From: Minisyncoccota bacterium
Lineage (GTDB): Bacteria > Patescibacteriota > Minisyncoccia > Phycocordibacterales > UBA1006
DNA length: 62,075 nt
Assembly (NCBI GenBank): GCA_021734445.1
Contig: JAIPIY010000003.1
Location: 1 to 62,075 of the forward strand
Reading direction: 5' to 3'
Part shown: in pieces, positions 35,766 to 45,927 of the stretch
Numbering within the stretch: the first letter of the stretch is position 1
Layout: each line of letters opens with the position of its first letter
Position numbers and translations under genes: made by a program
The notes under the pieces: generated by a model
The model's database searches: none
Told to the model about the DNA's origin: nothing
What the model saw: only the letters and a program-made list of their open reading frames with translations

Positions 35766-37457
35766 CTACAAACTTTCTTGTGGTGCAACAATAGATTCTG
35801 TTTTTTTGAAAAAGTTTCTTTTTATAATATCAGTAAATAATAACCATTCTTTATTTTTCATAACAACAAGAATAGTTGCCCAAATAATAACACCCACTCC
35901 AAGAGAGGCAATTGCCTGAGAAAACAATGCCAATGTGGTTGTACCGGGCACCAAAGGTGCTAATAATTGCAATACAGTGTACGAACCCAAAGCCATACCA
36001 ATTACAGCCAATAGTGATTGCCAAATCGTACGAGAAAGATCATGCACATAGGTTTGCATATATGTTTTTGTAAATGCAAACCACAGTAAACTACTGGTAA
36101 TCAATGCACCCAATGAATATGCTAACGGTAGTATAAGAACTTTTGTTCCCGAAACTCCATCTACACGCATTAATAATTCAAACCATTTCCATAAAAATCC
36201 TTCTGAATCTATAGTGTGAACGGCATACAAGCCAAAACCAACGGCACACAAAGCTCCAACCAAGTGAATAACAAATGGAAAATATGTTCTTCCAGCTGCA
36301 TAATATGCACGAACAAACAACAAAGATAAACTTTGTGCAATTACAGATAATGCAAACAATGCCAAAGCTGCAGCAGTTAATCGTGTATCATTCCAGTCGA
36401 ACATTCCTGTTCCTAAAATTAAACGAACTACATGTGCTCGCAATACGATAAATACAATAATAATTGGTAACGACCAAAAAATAATGTATCGTATTGGTTC
36501 AATTACCGAACGTAAAAATGCTTCTCTGTTCTCTTCTGCAAAATTCTTTACCAGTACAGGAAATGCTGCCACAGAAAAACTCATACCAACCAATGCCAAC
36601 GGAACTGACTGGAGATTATATGCGAATTGAAAAATAGAAATTGAACCCAATCCAATCAACGAAGCCAACGCACCTAATACTACAAAAGTTAATCGTGCAA
36701 TACCTAACGTTAACGTACGTGGCAATGCGATAGATACAACCTTTTTAACAGATTGCCAATCGATAAAAAATGAAAATTTTGGAATAAAATCTTTTTGTAT
36801 TAATACAGGCATATGAATAATCATATGCAAAAATGCGCCCGCAATAACACCCCAGGCAATACCAGAGATACCATATGATTCATACAAAAACAAAACACCA
36901 AAAATAATTCCTAAATTATACAGAACTGGAGAAAGTGCATATAAAAGAAATTTATTATATGTCTGTGTCACAGTTGCAAATAAACTAGACAGTCCTAGTA
37001 ATAATGGAGATAACAATAATATCCTGGTTACGTCTACTAATTTTGCCAGAGCTTCTTCTGAAAATCCAGGTGCAATATATGGAGTAAGTACCGGCGTCAA
37101 AAAGAACAAGATGCCAGAAACTACAATCAGTACAATAAAGAACAACGAGAACATGGTATTCAAGAATTTTTTAGCTTCCTCTTTTCCAGAATCTGATCTA
37201 TAAAGTTTTTCTGAAAAGAACGGCAATAATATAGTTACCGATACCACCGATGCCATAATGGCAAAAAGAACATCCGGTATACGAAATGCAGTATTGTAAA
37301 TATCCAAAGAAACTCCCACTCCAAGATAATGCGCAAATAATCTATCTCGAATTAATCCCAATACCTGAGAGAATAAAGTTAAAAAACCTAAAATAAAAGC
37401 TGCTTCGCTCATATTTTTTGTTTCTCTTTGAAAAAAAAGCAGTATCTTCTTAACCAT
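35766..37457 (-). CDS. murJ: lipid II flippase MurJ
   Basis: Polytopic MVF family with N-terminal FSQVLGLIRDRLFAHYLG. A start at 37412 (MSEAAF) is also possible. Confidence 0.8.
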   Translation of the reverse strand: MVKKILLFFQRETKNMSEAAFILGFLTLFSQVLGLIRDRLFAHYLGVGVSLDIYNTAFRIPDVLFAIMASVVSVTILLPFFSEKLYRSDSGKEEAKKFLNTMFSLFFIVLIVVSGILFFLTPVLTPYIAPGFSEEALAKLVDVTRILLLSPLLLGLSSLFATVTQTYNKFLLYALSPVLYNLGIIFGVLFLYESYGISGIAWGVIAGAFLHMIIHMPVLIQKDFIPKFSFFIDWQSVKKVVSIALPRTLTLGIARLTFVVLGALASLIGLGSISIFQFAYNLQSVPLALVGMSFSVAAFPVLVKNFAEENREAFLRSVIEPIRYIIFWSLPIIIVFIVLRAHVVRLILGTGMFDWNDTRLTAAALALFALSVIAQSLSLLFVRAYYAAGRTYFPFVIHLVGALCAVGFGLYAVHTIDSEGFLWKWFELLMRVDGVSGTKVLILPLAYSLGALITSSLLWFAFTKTYMQTYVHDLSRTIWQSLLAVIGMALGSYTVLQLLAPLVPGTTTLALFSQAIASLGVGVIIWATILVVMKNKEWLLFTDIIKRNFFKKTESIVAPQESL

Positions 37458-37460
37458 GGA

Positions 37461-39827
37461 TTATAATTCTGATTCAGTAATTTGGTCTTCGCTTTCAACC
37501 CCATCATCTTCATTTTCACTCAAATTATCATCAGTTTCGATAATTTCAGGAATAACAGAAGCGCTATTTTCCAAAGCAACAAGAAAATCTTTTAATCCTG
37601 GGATTACTTCCTCATATTGTTTCAAGAAATTAATATGTTCTTGTGCGACCATTCTGTTACCGGTTTCAACAAAAAATCTAGCAGCAAAAATACGAACAGA
37701 AATATTTTCAGGATACGTAAGAACAAGAAAATCTACAGCTTCTTTTGCTTTATCTAATGATCCAGTTCTGGTATAAAAAGAAATTAATTGAATCCATGAA
37801 TCTAATTGATTTCTTTCCAAAAAAACTGATTGTTTTAAATAGGCTTCTGCGCGAATCAAACTGCCGAATTGTTCTTCCAATAATCCTGCTTCTTGGAAAA
37901 ATGAAGCGTTAAAAGAATGCATTTTGAATAATTCATCTAATTTCAATCTTCCTTCCTCTACTGCATTACTTGTGAACATTTCAGTGGCTTGTACTAAAAG
38001 AACATAAGGATTATAAGGACGAAATTCCAAAGATTTGTGGTATGCATCTTTTGCAATAGGTAAAGCTTCTTTTAATCCTGCATTTGCAAGAAATGTGTGA
38101 AAATCACCTAATAAAATATATGATTGGTGTTTTTTTGGCTGCAAAGATATTGCTTTATTAAGAGATGCTAATGACATTTGCAATATATTCTGTGCAAATT
38201 CAGGTGTTATGTTTTCTTGATCAGATGATTGCAATATAGCAAAAGAAGCCCTAGCAACCATCATATGAACATCATAGTTATTTCCAGCGTATGATTGCGC
38301 TCGATACATATATTGCATAGCCTCTTCTGGTGTACCATTATCTAATACAAGAGCTGCTTTTTGAATCATTCGCAAAGAACCTATATAACGAACATGAGCA
38401 AATACTACATATACACACATCGCAACAAGACATAATACAACCGCTACTGCAACAAATCTTTTCCAAATAGAATGGAATGAAAAAACATCATAGGTATATA
38501 TCTGTTTAGGTGATCCATATGAAAAACCTAACAAAAGACCAATACAAAGAAACAAAAGAATCAATAGAGACAAACTAGGAATAGAAAGGATCAATAAAGG
38601 TAATGAAAACAGTGTAATTACATATAAAACAGAAACGATTCCCCTGTCTTCTTTTCGTGCATGTATTAATGTCTGATATCCTTCAATAAAAATACTTGCA
38701 AAAAATAATAATAGCAACACAAGCCCGATGATTCCAAAGGTAAACAAGAAGGTTGGTAAATATCCAAAAGTAAAAGAAAATCCAGAATTCCATAATGGAG
38801 TTTGCACCACCTGTGGGTTCATATTTTGGAACCACACATTTTCAAATGTACCCAAACCAGATCCAACAATCATTTGAGACAATGATGTTTTTGTCATCAC
38901 TTCATATGTGGCTGACGGAGAAAGTCGAATTTCCTGTGATGATACACCAGACAAAGAGCGAATAGGTTCAGAAATAAAAGATTGTCCAACAATACAAACA
39001 AGAGAAATCAAAAATAACAGCACCGGAATCACAGGTGCGGTATTTGTTTTTAATAAGCTTTGTAAATTATTTTGTGCATGAAAAAATGCAATAAAAATAG
39101 CCCCTAAAGAAAACAACCCCAAAAGAACCCAGCCTATATAAAGATTAGTGAATACCATCCCCAGCAAACCCATAATTCCAAATATCCAGATGCTTTTTTT
39201 CTGAAAAGAATTTTCTGTAAAAAAAGAATAAATAAATGAGCTAATAAGTAGCAAAAATGATATCAATCCTAAATCAGTCCAAGATCCGAACATGTGCATT
39301 CCACTGGCTGGAGAAAATCCCAATGACAAAAATTGCCATCCTGATATACCAACAACAAGAGTATGAAGAATAACAATACTGATCAAAGAACCCAACACAA
39401 AGAGAAAGCTACGAAGAAAAGAATATCCCGCAGATACAAGTCCGACCATAACAATAAAAAGAAACAAAGAAACAAAGACCAACGGGTGATCAAGAAGAGA
39501 AGGGGTTGTTCCAAAAGAAAAATGCACCGAAGAAAATGCAACTACTTGGAAAATAACATAGGAGATAATCGCGATAATACTATAAAAAGAATATCTTTTA
39601 GGAAGAACAAATTTCCCCTGGATGATTACCATAATTAATATATACAGTAATCCCAACCAAACAATTCCTGTAAAGAACAATCCAGGAATAGAAGAAATAC
39701 CTGACACTACTAACAACAAAAAAGAAATTGGTGCAATAAATAAAATAATAGCAAGAAAGATATTTTTACATAAATTTTGCTCTGAATCTTTTTTATATTG
39801 AAATAATGAGGTAAAAAACTGTTTCAT
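37461..39827 (-). CDS. large polytopic membrane protein (O-antigen ligase-like) with C-terminal TPR repeats
   Basis: More than 10 hydrophobic helices in the first 480 aa or so, then TPR-like helical repeats and an acidic tail. Confidence 0.45.
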   Translation of the reverse strand: MKQFFTSLFQYKKDSEQNLCKNIFLAIILFIAPISFLLLVVSGISSIPGLFFTGIVWLGLLYILIMVIIQGKFVLPKRYSFYSIIAIISYVIFQVVAFSSVHFSFGTTPSLLDHPLVFVSLFLFIVMVGLVSAGYSFLRSFLFVLGSLISIVILHTLVVGISGWQFLSLGFSPASGMHMFGSWTDLGLISFLLLISSFIYSFFTENSFQKKSIWIFGIMGLLGMVFTNLYIGWVLLGLFSLGAIFIAFFHAQNNLQSLLKTNTAPVIPVLLFLISLVCIVGQSFISEPIRSLSGVSSQEIRLSPSATYEVMTKTSLSQMIVGSGLGTFENVWFQNMNPQVVQTPLWNSGFSFTFGYLPTFLFTFGIIGLVLLLLFFASIFIEGYQTLIHARKEDRGIVSVLYVITLFSLPLLILSIPSLSLLILLFLCIGLLLGFSYGSPKQIYTYDVFSFHSIWKRFVAVAVVLCLVAMCVYVVFAHVRYIGSLRMIQKAALVLDNGTPEEAMQYMYRAQSYAGNNYDVHMMVARASFAILQSSDQENITPEFAQNILQMSLASLNKAISLQPKKHQSYILLGDFHTFLANAGLKEALPIAKDAYHKSLEFRPYNPYVLLVQATEMFTSNAVEEGRLKLDELFKMHSFNASFFQEAGLLEEQFGSLIRAEAYLKQSVFLERNQLDSWIQLISFYTRTGSLDKAKEAVDFLVLTYPENISVRIFAARFFVETGNRMVAQEHINFLKQYEEVIPGLKDFLVALENSASVIPEIIETDDNLSENEDDGVESEDQITESEL

Positions 39828-39837
39828 AAGATAATAA

Positions 39838-42699
39838 TTAATTTTTAATAATAAAATTTACTGCACGGTTTGGTATGTATAATACTTTTTCTGGTTCACT
39901 GGTGAAATATTGCTCTACTTTTGTTTCTGATACTGCACGTTTTTTTATTTCGTCTTCACTGGTACCTATTGGTACTTCAATTGTACCACGAACCTTTCCA
40001 TTTACCTGCACAACAATTTTTATTGTGCTTTCTATAATTTTTGATGCATCATATTCTGGCCATACCGAAAGATGTATTGAATCTTTTTCACCAAACACAG
40101 TATACCAAATTTCTTCTGTAATATGAGGTGCAAAAGGTGCCAAAATTTGTAACAACGATGCATATTGATTTTTTCCAATATATTCTTCTTTTGTTATTTC
40201 ATTCACCAAAATCATCATATGAGAAACAGCGGTATTGAATTTGAACGCTTCGATATCATCACTGATTTTCTTTATGGTTTTATGAAGAATCATCTCCAGA
40301 TTTTGATTTTCTTCATCTTTGATTTTTTCTTTTTGTTTCCAAACTTTTTCCAAAAATCTTCGTGTTCCTACAACACCATCTGTATTCCACGGTACGGTAT
40401 TTTCAAAAGGACCAATGAACATTTCATACAAACGAAATGCATCGGCACCAAAACGATTTACCATATCATCTGGATTGATAACATTTTTCCAACGCTTGCT
40501 CATTTTCCGTCCGTCTTCGGCCAAAATAAAACCAAGAAATTCCAATCGCGGAAATGGTTCTAACCCAGAAACAACATCAATATCATACAAGAATTTATGC
40601 CAAAATCGCGCGTAGATGAGGTGTCGTGTCGCATGATCCCCACCCACGTACACATCAACCGGAAGCCAGTCTTTTTCTTTTGTAGAATCTATTGCATATT
40701 GATTATTTTTTGGATCAACATAGCGCAAATAATACCAGCTAGATCCTGCCCATTGTGGCATAGTGTTTGTTTCTCGTCTGAACATCTGACCACTTGCATC
40801 CTGCACGAAAGTCCCTTGGTCAGTAATCTTTCCACGCACGTTTACCCAATCATCGATTGTTGCCAATGGTGATTCCCCTGTCCCGGTTGGTTCGTAGCTG
40901 TCTACATTTGGTAACAGAATCGGTAATTCAGATGCATCTACAGGATAGACATTTCCGTCCGCGTCAAAAACCATCGGAATTGGTTCACCCCAATATCGTT
41001 GTCGTGAAAATACCCAGTCTTTGAGGCGATACGTTGACTTCATTTCCCCGCCGACAAATTCGGTGATTTTTTGTTTTGCTTCTTCTGAAGTAAGACCATT
41101 AAATTCCCCTGAATTAATCAATATCCCAAAATCAGTAAAAACCCGATCTTTCTTTAAAAACATTTCCCATGCATATGCATGATGAGGCCAATTAATCAAA
41201 TCTTTAATTTTTTCTTTTGGTGCCCACAACAAAGAATGTCTTCCTTCTTCAACTTCACTTGCAACTCTATTTTCAGATTTTAGTTTTATATGGAAAAAAT
41301 ATCCGTGAATTTTTTGATTCTTTAATTTTGTATGACGAAATGCAAAAGCGGAAACAAGATTAGGAATTTTTTCAATAATCTCAAAATCCGTATATCCAGT
41401 CTCTTCTCGTAATTCTTTTTCAAGAGCTTCTATTTCATTTTCTCCCTCTGTTCCACCGCCAACAAAATGAATTTTTTCTGTATTGTTAGCAGTTTCCTTG
41501 ATAAGTAAGAACTCTCCTTTTTCGTTTTCAATAATTATATCAATTACTTCTCGGTGTAATGTTTCTGCATCTTCTTTTGGTGCGTTATCCTCAGCACCTT
41601 CATAATAATAAGAAACAACTTCTTTTATCGGCAACTCATATTTCTTTGCAAATTCAAAATCTCGTTCATCGTGCGCAGGAACTGCCATTACCGCACCTGT
41701 TCCATAATGTGCTAAAACATAATCCGCAATATACACAGGAATTTCTTCTTTATTCGCAGGATTAATAGCAACAATACCCTCTAATTTTACTCCTGTTTTT
41801 TCTTTTCCTTCGGCAGTTCTGTCTATTTCGGTTTTTTCTGCAACTTGGGCAATATAGGTATTTACTTCATCACGATTTTCTATATCTAGTGTTTGTACGA
41901 GTGGATGTTCTGGAGCAAATACTATATATGTAGCACCAAATAATGTATCAGCACGGGTTGTGAATACCTTTACATTTTCACCAGTATTCAAGGCAAACGC
42001 AATTTCAGAGCCTTCGCTTTTTCCAATCCAGTTACGTTGCGCTTCTTTTACTCCTTCGGGCCATTTTGGCAAGGTATTTAAATCGACAAGTAGTCGATCA
42101 GCATAATCAGTAATTTTCAACACCCATTGTCGCATGGGTTTTTTCTCGACAACACTGCCACAACGTTCGCACGTTCCGTCAGATTCTAAATCTTCGTTTG
42201 CTAATCCAGTCTGACATCCTGGGCACCAGTTAATAGGTTCATGTGATTGATACGCCAAACCTTTTTCATACATTTTCAAAAACATCCATTGTGTCCATTT
42301 ATAAAAATTTGGATCAGTTGTGTCGATTTCTCGTGACCAATCGTAATCAGGACCAATCAATGACAACTGTTCTTTGAACCGCGCCACATTACGATCAACT
42401 GCTTCGCGTGGATGGACTTTGTTTTTAATAGCAAAGTTTTCTGCAGGCAATCCAAAAGCATCCCAACCCATAGGATGCAATACATTAAATCCATGCATAC
42501 GTTTAAAACGTGAATACACATCGGTCGCAATATATCCACGTGGATGACCTACGTGCAGACCTTCGCCCGATGGATATGGAAACATATCCAGAATATAAAA
42601 GTTCTTTTTGTCAGTTGTATCTTTGGTGGTATAGATACCATTTTGTGCCCAAATATCTTGCCATTTTTTCTCGATGTCTTTTGGATTATAGTCTTGCAT
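39838..42699 (-). CDS. leuS: leucine--tRNA ligase with an inserted Nudix domain
   Basis: FPYPSGEGLHVGHPRGY (HIGH), GRKMSKRWKN (KMSKS) and the CP1 editing domain. A roughly 155 aa insert (nt about 41150-41615) carries the Nudix box GGGTEGENEIEALEKELREETGY. Confidence 0.9.
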   Translation of the reverse strand: MQDYNPKDIEKKWQDIWAQNGIYTTKDTTDKKNFYILDMFPYPSGEGLHVGHPRGYIATDVYSRFKRMHGFNVLHPMGWDAFGLPAENFAIKNKVHPREAVDRNVARFKEQLSLIGPDYDWSREIDTTDPNFYKWTQWMFLKMYEKGLAYQSHEPINWCPGCQTGLANEDLESDGTCERCGSVVEKKPMRQWVLKITDYADRLLVDLNTLPKWPEGVKEAQRNWIGKSEGSEIAFALNTGENVKVFTTRADTLFGATYIVFAPEHPLVQTLDIENRDEVNTYIAQVAEKTEIDRTAEGKEKTGVKLEGIVAINPANKEEIPVYIADYVLAHYGTGAVMAVPAHDERDFEFAKKYELPIKEVVSYYYEGAEDNAPKEDAETLHREVIDIIIENEKGEFLLIKETANNTEKIHFVGGGTEGENEIEALEKELREETGYTDFEIIEKIPNLVSAFAFRHTKLKNQKIHGYFFHIKLKSENRVASEVEEGRHSLLWAPKEKIKDLINWPHHAYAWEMFLKKDRVFTDFGILINSGEFNGLTSEEAKQKITEFVGGEMKSTYRLKDWVFSRQRYWGEPIPMVFDADGNVYPVDASELPILLPNVDSYEPTGTGESPLATIDDWVNVRGKITDQGTFVQDASGQMFRRETNTMPQWAGSSWYYLRYVDPKNNQYAIDSTKEKDWLPVDVYVGGDHATRHLIYARFWHKFLYDIDVVSGLEPFPRLEFLGFILAEDGRKMSKRWKNVINPDDMVNRFGADAFRLYEMFIGPFENTVPWNTDGVVGTRRFLEKVWKQKEKIKDEENQNLEMILHKTIKKISDDIEAFKFNTAVSHMMILVNEITKEEYIGKNQYASLLQILAPFAPHITEEIWYTVFGEKDSIHLSVWPEYDASKIIESTIKIVVQVNGKVRGTIEVPIGTSEDEIKKRAVSETKVEQYFTSEPEKVLYIPNRAVNFIIKN

Positions 42700-42814
42700 A
42701 TTCATATATCATACCTGTTTCTTTTGCTTTCATCAATGTTTTTTCCAACAAAATCCACACCACACCATGTAATTTCTATTGATAACAAATCAAATGAGCG
42801 TATAATGAATTGAT

Positions 42815-44302
42815 ATGACAAAACTTCCCCATATTATTTCTCAATTACAAAATGCAACACCCGAAGATATCGACCTAGTAACTCGTGCATACCATTATGC
42901 AGAAAAAGCTCATGCTGATCAAAAACGATTCAGCGGTGAACCTTATTTTCTTCATCTAGAAGAAACAGCGCTGATATTAGCTGAATGGAAAATGGACAGC
43001 ACCACTGTTGCTGCGGGTTTATTGCATGACATAATCGAAGACACATCAGTAACAGAAAAAGATATTGAAAAAGAATTTGGAAAGCCAATCTTATTCCTCA
43101 TCGAAGGCGTTACCAAACTGGGTAAATTGAAATACCGTGGTGTAGAACGTCACGTAGAGAGTCTACGAAAACTATTTATGGCAACATCAAAAGATGTTCG
43201 CGTAATTATCGTGAAATTAGCAGACAAACTGCATAACATGCGTACATTAGGTCATGTACCAAAAGAAAAACAACGCCGCATAGCATTAGAAGCTTTGGAA
43301 ATTTATGCACCCATTGCAAACCGACTGGGTATGGGATACATCAAAGGAGAATTAGAGGATCTCGTATTTCAATACACTCACCCAAAAGAACATGAAGAAT
43401 CATTGCAATTATTCAAACAACGATCTCATCGAGATAAAGCATATTTAGAAAAAGTATATCGTTCTTTACAAAAAGAACTAGTAAAACACAACATCACCAA
43501 TGCACACGTGGATTATCGTCTGAAACATTTGTATAGTTTTTGGAAAAAATTGCAACATTATAAAATGGATGTAGAGAAAATCTATGATGTGGTTGCATTG
43601 CGTGTTATTGTTCCATCCGTAGAAGATTGTTACCGAGTATTAGGAATTGTACACAATATGTGGAAACCATTACCAGGAAGAATCAAAGATTATATTGCAT
43701 TACCAAAACCCAATGGTTACCAGTCATTACATACGACTATTTTTACTGGCGATGGCGGTATTGCGGAAATTCAAATACGAACAGAAGCAATGCATGCCGA
43801 AGCAGAATACGGTGTTGCCGCATGGTTTGCATACAAAGAAATGAACCAGACTTCAAAGAAAAAAACTTCTGTTACTAAAAAAGAATTTCAACAAAAATAT
43901 GCATGGGCACGTGATGTTGCATCTGCTGCAGATATCGACGCAGAATCAAAAGAATTTCTTTCTGAAATAAAAACAGACATGTTCGAAGATCGTATTTTTA
44001 TTTTTACTCCAAAAGGAGATGTTGTCGATTTACCTACCGGATCAGGTCCTATTGATTTTGCTTATGCCATTCATAGCGATATTGGAAATAAAGTTTCTGG
44101 TACAAAAATTAACGGAAAAATGACTTCTTTGGATACTATTTTAAATAACGGTGATATTGTAGAAATCCTAACTCGTAAAGATGCAAACCCATCCAGTAAA
44201 TGGTTGGATTACGTAAAAACCTCTACAGCAAAAAAACATATTAAACAATATGTTCAAGAAAATAGTTTAATGAACAAATTCTTAAAAAATTGGAATTCTT
44301 AA
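42815..44302 (+). CDS. RelA/SpoT-homologue (p)ppGpp synthetase/hydrolase
   Basis: HD hydrolase motif (LLHDIIEDT), the synthetase region (YQSLHTTI..., EIQIRT) and a TGS domain (IFIFTPKGDVVDLPTGSGPIDFAYAIH). Confidence 0.85.
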   Translation: MTKLPHIISQLQNATPEDIDLVTRAYHYAEKAHADQKRFSGEPYFLHLEETALILAEWKMDSTTVAAGLLHDIIEDTSVTEKDIEKEFGKPILFLIEGVTKLGKLKYRGVERHVESLRKLFMATSKDVRVIIVKLADKLHNMRTLGHVPKEKQRRIALEALEIYAPIANRLGMGYIKGELEDLVFQYTHPKEHEESLQLFKQRSHRDKAYLEKVYRSLQKELVKHNITNAHVDYRLKHLYSFWKKLQHYKMDVEKIYDVVALRVIVPSVEDCYRVLGIVHNMWKPLPGRIKDYIALPKPNGYQSLHTTIFTGDGGIAEIQIRTEAMHAEAEYGVAAWFAYKEMNQTSKKKTSVTKKEFQQKYAWARDVASAADIDAESKEFLSEIKTDMFEDRIFIFTPKGDVVDLPTGSGPIDFAYAIHSDIGNKVSGTKINGKMTSLDTILNNGDIVEILTRKDANPSSKWLDYVKTSTAKKHIKQYVQENSLMNKFLKNWNS

Positions 44303-44314
44303 GTAAAAAATTGA

Positions 44315-45643
44315 CTAGATAGTAAAACGAGAAATATTATACAAATCGTCTTCCTCTTTGTCTTCTGGAGTAGCTTCTTCTATTGTGTTATAAGCATTTG
44401 TAAATTCTGCTTGTGAAGGTATCTCTTGGTGATATTCATTTACCGCAACATTTGTAGGTTCATGAGATACATGATCGGTGATCTCTTGGTGATATGATTC
44501 CATTGCAGTTTGCTTATGCTGATCCATAATATAAGGTGTAATTTCTTCATGATATGGTTCAACCGCATCAGAATATCCTGCCAATTTACGTAATGAAAAA
44601 TTATCAAGAGATTCGGGTGATTTTTCAGGAATAACAACTGGAGGCGCAAAAGTTTTTATTACTTCTTCTTGTGTATTATTTTCTTCTAATACAGTAGGTG
44701 TTTGTTTTTCAAAGGTGGTAAATTCCAAAGGAGTCGCCGTAGATAATACCGGTTCGACTGTTTCTGCTTTTTCTGTATTTGCAATGTATCTATCTAACAT
44801 GGATCCATCTTTTCCCATATCTGTTTTTTCCAACAATGCAACTAGCGAAGCCAAATCTTCTGCAGTAAAATAATCGATAACGATTTTACCGCCAACGTCT
44901 TTTTTCTCTATATGCACACGTGTTCCCAATTTTTCCGCCAATGATTGTTGGTATGCCTGCATTTTTGGATCTTCGGTGATATTAATTTTTCGCACTTTAT
45001 CATGTGCAATATCACGTGCAATACGTTCTGTTTCTCGAACACTCATTTTTTTATACAGTAATTCTTTGAACAATGTATGTTGTTCTGCGGGGCGGTCAAC
45101 CAACATCATCAATGGTCGGGTATGACCTTCGGTGATTTTTCCTTCTGCCAATGCCTGCATAATTTCTTCGGGCAATGATAACAATCGCAATGTATTAGAA
45201 ACGTATTCTCGACTACGACCCATTTTTTGTCCAATTTGACTATGTGTTAAACCGAATTCATCCACCAATCGCATAAATGCTTTTGCACGATCAATAGAAT
45301 TAAGATCTTCTCGTTGTAGGTTTTCAATAATGGCTAATTCAAGTTTCATTTTTGAATCATCTCCTGTACGAATAACCACAGGGACTTCGCGTATACCAGC
45401 TAAACGTGAAGCACGTAAACGTCGTTCACCAGCAATCAATTCATATACAGTTGCCAATCCCCCGTCTGGTTTTTCAACTTCGGATCGTGTTACCACCAAT
45501 GGTTGCAATACTCCGTATTGACGAATCGAGTCTGCCAGTTCTTGTAAACGAGCCTCATCGAATTCACGACGAGGTTGATATGGATTTGGATTTATTTTAT
45601 CAACATCGATCCAAAAAATAGAATTGCTATAGAGATTTCCCAT
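44315..45643 (-). CDS. parB: ParB/Spo0J partition protein with long repeat-containing C-terminal extension
   Basis: ParB box LIAGERRLRASRLAG and an HTH region. The last 150 aa or so contain three YH(E/Q)EI(T/P) repeats. Confidence 0.85.
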   Translation of the reverse strand: MGNLYSNSIFWIDVDKINPNPYQPRREFDEARLQELADSIRQYGVLQPLVVTRSEVEKPDGGLATVYELIAGERRLRASRLAGIREVPVVIRTGDDSKMKLELAIIENLQREDLNSIDRAKAFMRLVDEFGLTHSQIGQKMGRSREYVSNTLRLLSLPEEIMQALAEGKITEGHTRPLMMLVDRPAEQHTLFKELLYKKMSVRETERIARDIAHDKVRKINITEDPKMQAYQQSLAEKLGTRVHIEKKDVGGKIVIDYFTAEDLASLVALLEKTDMGKDGSMLDRYIANTEKAETVEPVLSTATPLEFTTFEKQTPTVLEENNTQEEVIKTFAPPVVIPEKSPESLDNFSLRKLAGYSDAVEPYHEEITPYIMDQHKQTAMESYHQEITDHVSHEPTNVAVNEYHQEIPSQAEFTNAYNTIEEATPEDKEEDDLYNISRFTI

Positions 45644-45718
45644 GCACACAAGTATACCAAATAAATTTCAAAAATGAAAATTGATTTTTTATAAAAAATA
45701 AGTATGATAGTGTATGTA

Positions 45719-45780
45719 GCCAAGGTTGCGGAACCTGTCTGCCGACAAAGGCAGGTTGGTAGACTTCAACACGATAAAAA
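45719..45780 (+). pseudogene. tRNA-Leu 5'-half-like fragment with a hairpin inserted in the D-loop
   Basis: GCCAAGGTTGCGGAA-[CCTGTCTGCCGACAAAGGCAGG]-TTGGTAGAC..ACACGATAAAAA parallels GCCCGGATGGCGGAA-TTGGTAGACGCGCACGACTCAAAATCG of the tRNA-Leu 20 nt downstream. No T-arm or acceptor 3' strand is present. Confidence 0.35.
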
Positions 45781-45799
45781 GGTTATCATAATACACACA

Positions 45800-45884
45800 G
45801 CCCGGATGGCGGAATTGGTAGACGCGCACGACTCAAAATCGTGTTCCGAAAGGGGTGCTGGTTCGATTCCAGTTCCGGGCACCA
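45800..45884 (+). tRNA. tRNA-Leu (anticodon CAA), CCA encoded
   Basis: GCCCGGATGGCGGAATTGGTAGACGCGCACGACTCAAAATCGTG..long variable arm..GGTTCGATTCCAGTTCCGGGCACCA. Confidence 0.9.
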
Positions 45885-45894
45885 AATAGATTAT

Positions 45895-45927
45895 AGAAAA
45901 AAACGAGACCCCGGGTCTCGTTTTTTC
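45895..45927. terminator. bidirectional terminator
   Basis: AAAAAAACGAGAC-CCCGG-GTCTCGTTTTTT between tRNA-Leu (+) and murB (-). Confidence 0.75.
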
